DNA from: a virus
Lineage: Duplodnaviria > Heunggongvirae > Uroviricota > Caudoviricetes
Strand: one strand, 5' to 3'
DNA: 4,507 bases
IMG/VR virus record: IMGVR_UViG_2706794673_000010
The notes under the pieces are model-generated. The model worked only from the letters and a program-made list of their open reading frames with translations, was not told the origin of the DNA and searched no databases. The position numbers and the translations under genes are program-made. Below are positions 1-4,507 of the stretch, one piece after another (the first letter of the stretch is position 1; each line of letters begins with the position of its first letter).

Positions 1-50
1 GGGAATATCTCCCCGGCAGCCTTCAGGGAAAAATATCATCAGATGGCTGC

Positions 51-404
51 TTAAAAAAAGAACAAATGGTAGTGTCCGCTATTGCCAGTACACCTCAATT
101 GCTCTGCGGCTTCGCTCAGAGCTGGCGTATGTTCCCGGCCTACTGATTCACACAGGTAATCAACGAAACCGGACACCAGTTTTCGTTCGCGAGGCGTGAT
201 CGCCCCACCGACCGGAGTCCAGTAATCGAAACCCAGTTGCAGGAGTTTGAAAAAACGCTTGTGGAATGCGTAGTTACACACACGCTTAAAGTCTGCGTGT
301 ATCCACTCACCTATTTTGATTTGATGCAGAAAATCGCAACTCTCCGGCGTCGCCGGGAGAAGTAATCCGGAAGAGGTTTGTTTGACCAGTTGTATATGTG
401 CCAT
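51..404 (-). CDS. hypothetical protein, 117 aa from ATG at 404..402 (ORF track extends it to a TTG at 446)
   Basis: Open frame ending TAA at 53..51. The ATG at 404 is preceded by GGAG about 7 nt upstream, whereas the TTG at 446 overlaps the upstream stop and has no such site. Product begins MAHIQLVKQTSS; no family recognised. Confidence 0.55.
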   Translation of the reverse strand: MAHIQLVKQTSSGLLLPATPESCDFLHQIKIGEWIHADFKRVCNYAFHKRFFKLLQLGFDYWTPVGGAITPRERKLVSGFVDYLCESVGREHTPALSEAAEQLRCTGNSGHYHLFFF

Positions 405-442
405 CGGCTTTCTCCGGTGGCACGGTGTTACACAGCAGGAGT

Positions 443-730
443 TCAATCCTGCTCAAGATTGTAGATGAGTTTATTCTTCAGCAAAAGCAGAAAACCAGCC
501 TTAAAACCAATCTCTTTCAAAACCCGTAATGATGTGACAAATTCGTCCTCACGCAAAATAAAACCGTCCGTCAGAAGTCCATTACAAAAATAAAATAACA
601 CAGCACCGCTCTTCCTTTGTTGAGATTGCAAACATCTAATGCGGCAATGGCTGACAATCGCTCCATTCTCAACGCGCACAGCATAGAGGCCATTTTCACT
701 AAAAATTTCACGCAATTCTTCGATTTTCAT
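443..730 (-). CDS. hypothetical protein, 95 aa
   Basis: ATG at 730..728 preceded by GGAAGGA about 9 nt upstream; stop TGA at 445..443. Same strand as, and 38 nt upstream of, the 51..404 gene, suggesting a two-gene operon. No family recognised. Confidence 0.55.
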   Translation of the reverse strand: MKIEELREIFSENGLYAVRVENGAIVSHCRIRCLQSQQRKSGAVLFYFCNGLLTDGFILREDEFVTSLRVLKEIGFKAGFLLLLKNKLIYNLEQD

Positions 731-805
731 CTTCAGAATCCTTCCAGATAAATAGCTCTCCCCTGTTCGGGGTCCATCCCTCTTCTCCCTGCGCGCTACT
801 TAAGT

Positions 806-841
806 GAGTCGATTCTATCTGCGAAGGTGCGCGAATCAAAT
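806..841 (-). promoter_or_regulatory. candidate sigma70 promoter for the 443..730 / 51..404 operon
   Basis: On the minus strand: TTGATT (plus 834..839), a 16-nt spacer, then TAGAAT (plus 812..817), directly downstream of the terminator and about 80 nt upstream of the ATG at 730. Hexamer match only. Confidence 0.3.
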
Positions 842-849
842 TCACCGGA

Positions 850-904
850 AATAAACAACAAAAAACCCGCCGAAACGCTGAGAGATCACAGCGATGGGCG
901 GGTT
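850..904 (-). terminator. rho-independent terminator (minus-strand transcript)
   Basis: On the minus strand: ACCCGCC (plus 897..903) pairs with GGCGGGT (plus 865..871), with an inner CGCTG/CAGCG stem in the loop, followed by TTTTTTGTTGTTTATTT. Lies about 35 nt after the stop of the masked ORF at 936. Confidence 0.55.
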
Positions 905-935
905 AAGTGCGGGTGCGTTGAGGATGCCTGACACA

Positions 936-1277
936 TCAGAGGTGGGCGGGGATGGGATCAGCTCCCCGCCCGGTCACTCTTACTTCCTGGNNNNNNNNNN
1001 NNNNNNNNNNNNNNNNNNNNNNNNNNNNNNNNNNNNNNNNNNNNNNNNNNNNNNNNNNNNNNNNNNNNNNNNNNNNNNNNNNNNNNNNNNNNNNNNNNNN
1101 NNNNNNNNNNNNNNNNNNNNNNNNNNNNNNNNNNNNNNNNNNNNNNNNNNNNNNNNNNNNNNNNNNNNNNNNNNNNNNNNNNNNNNNNNNNNNNNNNNNN
1201 NNNNNNNNNNNNNNNNNNNNNNNNNNNNNNNNNNNNNNNNNNNNNNNNNNNNNNNTGAAGCAGATAGCCTCAAGCAC
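936..1277 (-). CDS. hypothetical protein, mostly masked (only about 7 N-terminal and 17 C-terminal codons visible)
   Basis: ORF-track frame with GTG at 1277 and TGA at 938..936; visible C-terminus QEVRVTGRGADPIPAHL. The masked length (265 nt) is not a multiple of 3, so frame continuity across it is an assumption. Start is uncertain: a well-placed GAGGT + ATG at 1287..1285 hits a stop after 5 codons. Confidence 0.3.
   Translation of the reverse strand: MLEAICFXXXXXXXXXXXXXXXXXXXXXXXXXXXXXXXXXXXXXXXXXXXXXXXXXXXXXXXXXXXXXXXXXXXXXXXXXXXXXXXXXXXXXXXXXQEVRVTGRGADPIPAHL
944..971. repeat. GC-rich perfect inverted repeat (9-bp arms, 10-nt spacer)
   Basis: GGGCGGGGA (944..952) and TCCCCGCCC (963..971) are exact reverse complements around TGGGATCAGC. 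Sits in the last codons of the masked minus-strand ORF. Confidence 0.6.
991..1255. other. run of N (265 nt): masked sequence or assembly gap
   Basis: Contiguous n characters; nothing can be inferred inside. Confidence 1.
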
Positions 1278-1336
1278 CCGCAGTCATTCTACTTACCTCG
1301 CCAATATGAAATCAATCAGAAAGGTGCCCCATAAAA

Positions 1337-2023
1337 TCACTCCTTCTCTTCTTTACCGTAGTGGAGTTGACCAATTTTGATAAGAGGGCGTCCCTGAGAT
1401 TTGCGGTGTAGATTGGTATCGCGCAGAGAATACACACAGCCACAATATTCCTGCTGATAGAATTTTTCGCGCTTGCTGATTTCAATCATACGGGACGAGC
1501 CGCCCTGCTTGCGCCAGTTATAATCCCAGTACACCATGCCCGGATAATGCGCGACGGCTCGCCGCCCACAGTCGTTAACCTGCTGCATATTTTTCCAGCG
1601 TGAAATGCCCAGTGAACTGCTGATCACACTGAAACCATTTTCAGCGGCGTACAGCGCTGTCCGCTCAAAACGCATGTCAAAACACATGGTGCAACGGATC
1701 CCTCGTTCGGGCTCCCATTCCATTCCTTTGGCTCGTTCAAACCAGTTGTCTGTGTCGTAATCAGCATCAATAAACGGCACGCCGTGTTGTTCAGCAAAGC
1801 GAATATTCTCATCCTTACGAATTAAATACTCTTTCTGAGGATGAATGTTCGGGTTGTAGAAAAAGATGGTGTAGTCGATTCCCGAGGCCTGAAGCGCCTC
1901 CATCACCTCACCGGAACATGGAGCACAGCAAGAGTGCAGTAGTAGTTTGTTTGCCCCGTTTGGGAGCTCCAATTTGGGCCGTTTGAAATCAGCAACTGTC
2001 ATAAATATGTTTATTGGGGTCAT
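1337..2023 (-). CDS. queH: DUF208 / QueH-like protein (epoxyqueuosine reductase family, Fe-S), 228 aa
   Basis: Uninterrupted 228-codon frame with TGA at 1339..1337. N-terminal [14 protein letters not shown] matches the cysteine motif I recall for DUF208/QueH, with further Cys at RCTMCF and YCGCVY. No clear Shine-Dalgarno before the ATG at 2023 or the alternative ATG at 2002 (MTVADF). Confidence 0.75.
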   Translation of the reverse strand: MTPINIFMTVADFKRPKLELPNGANKLLLHSCCAPCSGEVMEALQASGIDYTIFFYNPNIHPQKEYLIRKDENIRFAEQHGVPFIDADYDTDNWFERAKGMEWEPERGIRCTMCFDMRFERTALYAAENGFSVISSSLGISRWKNMQQVNDCGRRAVAHYPGMVYWDYNWRKQGGSSRMIEISKREKFYQQEYCGCVYSLRDTNLHRKSQGRPLIKIGQLHYGKEEKE

Positions 2024-2170
2024 AAAAATATCAAAGAGTGTAGCATTAGAACGGGGCTATCGGAAACAGATGTGTGACTGCTCCCCGCCCTTTCGGGTGG
2101 TCTCCTGATGATTTGAGGGTGCAGAAATCCCTCCGGTTAAGGATTAAATTTTTAACAGTGCTAAATTTAA

Positions 2171-2584
2171 TTATTCAGTTCTGGATTTTGTCGCCCTGCG
2201 TATCCGCGCTTTCGCGTTACGCTCAATCTGTATCAGCTTTTCTATATTTCTCCGCCTTTCCTGTTCCTCCTGGCGCAATAGCCTTACATCATCTGCCAGT
2301 CTGGTTTCTCTTTTTGCCACAGAGAGCATCCAGTCAAACGGCTCCACAACCGCACCGCAGATTTTACAGCGGACCTGACGCTCTTTTTCGTCAACCCGTA
2401 CAGAGGCGTGATGGCAATATGGTCTTTCCGATGGCTCATAAAGAAAATTAACCTGATTACGAGGGTCATCCTCTTTTACCGGAAATAAAACGATATTGCT
2501 TAACTCATCTTCTGGTTTTATTTCCATGCTCCTCTCCTTTGATGCGAATGCCAGCGGTAATTGAAGCCTGATAGCTAATTTCAT
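2171..2584 (-). CDS. hypothetical zinc-ribbon-like protein with basic coiled-coil C-terminus, 137 aa (or 118 aa from ATG at 2527)
   Basis: The ATG at 2584..2582 directly abuts the upstream stop (TGAATG), with AGGAGG 11 nt upstream; an internal ATG at 2527 has GGAGAGGAG nearby. Contains C-H-H...C-x2-C (YCHHASVRVDEKERQVRCKICG) and a charged heptad-like C-terminus. Stop TAA at 2173..2171. Confidence 0.6.
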   Translation of the reverse strand: MKLAIRLQLPLAFASKERSMEIKPEDELSNIVLFPVKEDDPRNQVNFLYEPSERPYCHHASVRVDEKERQVRCKICGAVVEPFDWMLSVAKRETRLADDVRLLRQEEQERRRNIEKLIQIERNAKARIRRATKSRTE

Positions 2585-3007
2585 TCACAGTATCGCCTCC
2601 TGAAAATTACCCTGATAGAAAGCCAGTACACGCTGCATAGCTTCGCTCTTCCGGCACTCGCGACAGATTATATTCAGGCGCCTGTCGTAGCGGCGTATTT
2701 CTCCGTCAGGTAATGACCAGATAAGGTCCGGATCAACAACAACCGGTTTCCTCACCTTTACTCTCGAGAGTTTTTTGCGGGCGCTTTGCCAGTCCTTGCG
2801 AGCCTGTTCAGACGGGAATAAGCCGTAGCCAGAATTATATACATCACCACTTGCGACCAGTTCTATGCATAAGCGACCGACAGACGCACGACTGATACCT
2901 GTTTCATCTGACAACTGCCGAATCGTGACCCGACCGTCCTGATGCACGAGTTCCACAATTCGCGTCTTCAGTTCTTCCCGCTGTTCGGGAGTAAAAGGTT
3001 TCGCCAT
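2585..3007 (-). CDS. hypothetical helix-turn-helix protein, 140 aa
   Basis: ATG at 3007..3005 with AGGAGG 4 nt upstream, 14 nt after the DnaC-like stop. N-terminal segment TIRQLSDETGISRASVGRLCIELV looks like a winged-HTH DNA-binding helix pair; C-terminal CRECRKS. Stop TGA at 2587..2585. Confidence 0.65.
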   Translation of the reverse strand: MAKPFTPEQREELKTRIVELVHQDGRVTIRQLSDETGISRASVGRLCIELVASGDVYNSGYGLFPSEQARKDWQSARKKLSRVKVRKPVVVDPDLIWSLPDGEIRRYDRRLNIICRECRKSEAMQRVLAFYQGNFQEAIL

Positions 3008-3021
3008 AAATCCTCCTGAAA

Positions 3022-3699
3022 CTACTTAACAACCCTCGAATGGCTAACATTCGGACGCCAGCTCTCCCAGTTAAAATTCACCCAGCGNNNNNNNNNNNNN
3101 NNNNNNNNNNNNNNNNNNNNNNNNNNNNNNNNNNNNNNNNNNNNNNNNNNNNNNNNNNNNNNNNNNNNNNNNNNNNNNNNNNNNNNNNNNNNNNNNNNNN
3201 NNNNNNNNNNNNNNNNNNNNNNNNNNNNNNNNNNNNNNNNNNNNNNNNNNNNNNNNNNNNNNNNNNNNNNNNNNNNNNNNNNNNNNNNNNNNNNNNNNNN
3301 NNNNNNNNNNNNNNNNNNNNNNNNNNNNNNNNNNNNGATAGCTGCCGCTAAGTGATTCTTCCCGGTACCAGGTTTTCCGCTGAACGCAAAATTTGTACAC
3401 CCGGTCATCAGTTCATCGGCGATGGATTTCGCCTGGCTTAACGCGTATCGCTGGCCGTCGTTCTGCACCTGGTAATTCGCAAACGAGCATTTACGGTGCA
3501 ACGGCTGGATGCCTGAGCGATTCAGAATTTTTTCCACCCGCAACTGGCGATTCAGGCGGTTGATCTCCTCGCTACGTTTCTGGCCTTCAGCAAGTTGCCA
3601 CTCGCGCCACTCCGCTACCGTTCTGAATGGGGCGGTTACATGTGGCGGGGTCAGTCGGCGGATGCGTTCCAGAACGCCGCCTGTCGCAATATTTTTCAT
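3022..3699 (-). CDS. DnaC-like replicative helicase loader (phage P/DnaC family AAA+ ATPase); central part masked
   Basis: N-terminus MKNIATGGV...RSGIQPLHRKCSFANYQV and Walker A FSGKPGTGKNHLAAAI resemble E. coli DnaC as I recall it; C-terminus RWVNFNWESWR resembles the DnaC tail. The 249-nt N-run is a multiple of 3, so the frame is maintained. ATG at 3699, 6 nt after the upstream stop, preceded by AGGGGG. Confidence 0.85.
   Translation of the reverse strand: MKNIATGGVLERIRRLTPPHVTAPFRTVAEWREWQLAEGQKRSEEINRLNRQLRVEKILNRSGIQPLHRKCSFANYQVQNDGQRYALSQAKSIADELMTGCTNFAFSGKPGTGKNHLAAAIXXXXXXXXXXXXXXXXXXXXXXXXXXXXXXXXXXXXXXXXXXXXXXXXXXXXXXXXXXXXXXXXXXXXXXXXXXXXXXXXXXXRWVNFNWESWRPNVSHSRVVK
3088..3336. 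other. run of N (249 nt): masked sequence or assembly gap inside the DnaC-like gene
   Basis: Contiguous n characters. Confidence 1.
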
Positions 3700-4053
3700 G
3701 GTCCGTTACCCCCTGAAGCCTGGCGGGATCGCACTGTCCGGCAACGAGACGGTGTTAACCTGTCGGAGCAACGTCTCAGGCCGAACACCTTTCGGCGCGA
3801 ACAGGCCCTGGTATTCATTGGCGATGCTGTGTCGAATCACCTGCTCAGGTGTAAAACCCTGCTGACGGAATTTTTCCAGTTCCCGTATCGCCCCGTTAGC
3901 GCCCTGCTCCGTTCGAATCGGTTTTCGCAATGCCTGTCTGAACCGGACCCACTCATGCCAGAGTGTTTCCGGCAACCAATCGGGCAGCTCAATAGCCTCC
4001 GGCTCGAATTTTTTAGACGCTCGTTTTTGGCGAGGGGGAGATCAGTATTTAGA

Positions 4054-4074
4054 TCTTCCTCTTCCTCTTCCTCT
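4054..4074. repeat. hexanucleotide tandem repeat (TCTTCC)3 plus TCT, encoding a poly-Glu tract on the minus strand
   Basis: Plus strand tcttcctcttcctcttcctct; minus-strand codons GAG GAA x3 give EEEEEE in the initiator linker. Confidence 0.9.
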
Positions 4075-4180
4075 GGTAACGCTTTTTGATCCGTTTGTGT
4101 AACGCTGGCAGCGTTACCTTTTCGTTTCAGTTCGCGTATTTTTGTTACTCGCTCGTTTGTAACCGCCCGTTTTTTTTAGA
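4075..4180. other. candidate phage replication origin inside the initiator gene (palindrome, iteron-like repeats, T-rich tract)
   Basis: 19-bp perfect palindrome GTAACGCTG-G-CAGCGTTAC at 4099..4117, with a further GGTAACGC at 4075..4082. CGTTT-containing motifs start at 4092, 4123 and 4154 (31-bp spacing). T-rich stretch 4120..4190 includes T8. Lambdoid origins are known to lie within the initiator gene. Confidence 0.3.
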
Positions 4181-4382
4181 GCTTTTTCCGTTATGACGTT
4201 CAAAGTTAGGTAGAGAAAGCCCTCCGTCATTTTCGACCAGCCATCCAACCTGAATTAACGCATCAGCAAAACCAGACATAAAAGTGATGCGATCTATTGC
4301 ACTTTTTGTAACGCCGCGAGCGTTACAATCTGCATTACCGTCTATCATTTGTTGATCCGCCCATGCCCAGAAGCGAATAACC

Positions 4383-4507
4383 TGAGGTAGCCTGAGTTTA
4401 ACGGACACTCCTTCCTGAAATAGAATGGCATCAGAAGGAGCTAATAATGAGCAGAAAAACCCAACGTTACTCTAAAGAGTTCAAAGCCGAAGCTGTCAGA
4501 ACGGTTC
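4383..4507 (+). mobile_element. left end of an IS3-family insertion sequence (IS600-like), running off the window
   Basis: Begins TGAGGTAGCCTGAGTTTAACGGACACTCC, as expected for an IS3-family inverted repeat (TG...); the orfA start lies 64 nt inside. The boundary is estimated to within a few bp. Confidence 0.7.
4447..4507 (+). CDS. IS3-family transposase OrfA, N-terminal 20 codons (partial)
   Basis: AAGGAG 7 nt upstream of the ATG; translation MSRKTQRYSKEFKAEAVRTV matches my recollection of the IS600 OrfA N-terminus. Confidence 0.7.
   Translation, partial: MSRKTQRYSKEFKAEAVRTV

Larger units (their letters stand above)
3706..4382 (-). pseudogene. phage replication-initiator gene (lambda O / YdaU-like position), disrupted by IS insertion and two frame changes
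   Basis: Three protein-like segments in three successive minus frames: 4382..4148 (...FWAWADQQMIDGNADCNARGV...NFERHNGKSSKK), about 4175..4010 (KKRAVTNERVTKIRELKRKGNAASVTQTDQKALPEEEEEEDL...), and 4008..3709 (KFEPEAIELPDWLPETLWHEW...). Each transition is -1 and falls at an A-run on the coding strand (plus T8 at 4170..4177, T6 at 4009..4014). The 5' part is cut by the IS end at about 4383. Sits immediately upstream of the DnaC-like gene. Confidence 0.6.

Noticed and set aside
405-446. TTG start at 446 giving a 131-aa version of the first gene
   Set aside because: It overlaps the upstream stop and lacks a ribosome-binding site, whereas the ATG at 404 has GGAG at good spacing. I cannot exclude the longer form.
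894-1380. Plus-strand ORFs spanning the first N-run (894..1334, 952..1380), and minus ORF 980..1273
   Set aside because: Their length comes almost entirely from masked bases, which cannot contain stop codons. The minus-strand terminator placement favours a minus-strand gene here.
1624-1812. Minus-strand 62-aa ORF inside the QueH-like gene
   Set aside because: Alternative frame nested wholly within a longer, motif-supported gene.
2085-2100. Hairpin CCGCCC-TTTC-GGGTGG as a terminator for the 2171..2584 gene
   Set aside because: No U-tract follows on either strand, and on the minus strand the stem has an A-C mismatch.
2074-2451. Plus-strand ORF of 125 aa
   Set aside because: Lies antisense to the better-supported minus-strand gene 2171..2584, starts at a GTG with no ribosome-binding site, and its translation is low-complexity.
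2284-2469. Minus-strand 61-aa ORF
   Set aside because: Alternative frame nested within the 2171..2584 gene.
3040-3400. ORFs 3040..3351 (+) and 3071..3400 (-) across the second N-run
   Set aside because: Artefacts of the N-run; the region is explained by the in-frame DnaC-like gene.
3509-4089. Plus-strand ORFs of 118 and 164 aa (3509..3865, 3595..4089)
   Set aside because: Antisense to the initiator and DnaC-like genes; the translations are Arg/Ser-rich and the second ends in SSSSSSS, which is simply the reverse complement of the poly-Glu repeat.
4009-4177. Programmed -1 ribosomal frameshifting at the A AAA AAC and A AAA AAU heptamers
   Set aside because: Two consecutive programmed shifts in one gene would give a very low yield and I see no clear stimulatory pseudoknot. 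Mutation or a homopolymer sequencing error is the simpler explanation; kept as an alternative in the findings.
4383-4408. GTG start at 4408 for the initiator fragment (ORF track 4145..4408)
   Set aside because: These codons lie inside the IS terminal repeat, so they are not the native N-terminus.
1-4507. CRISPR array, tRNA or rRNA genes
   Set aside because: No regularly spaced direct repeats of CRISPR size, and nothing resembling a tRNA cloverleaf or rRNA was seen by eye. This was not an exhaustive computational scan.

Overview
The window reads as the early (replication) region of a lambdoid-type enterobacterial prophage, with essentially all genes on the minus strand, interrupted at the right edge by the left end of an IS3-family element. 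From right to left: an IS600-like end (about 4383..4507, orfA start at 4447) inserted into a phage replication-initiator gene that is also broken by two -1 frame changes at A-runs (3706..4382); a DnaC-like helicase loader (3022..3699, centre masked by N); two translationally coupled small genes, one HTH and one zinc-ribbon/coiled-coil (2585..3007, 2171..2584); a DUF208/QueH-like Fe-S protein (1337..2023); a gene mostly hidden by an N-run (936..1277); an intrinsic terminator (about 850..904); and a further two-gene operon of unknown function (443..730, 51..404). The initiator linker-coding region carries a 19-bp perfect palindrome, 31-bp-spaced repeats and a T-rich tract, which I read as a candidate origin. 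The best candidate for an undescribed system is the co-directional cargo block 936..3007 between the replication module and the terminator. All family assignments are from reading the translations and motifs by eye; no searches were run, and the two N-runs (991..1255, 3088..3336) are unreadable.
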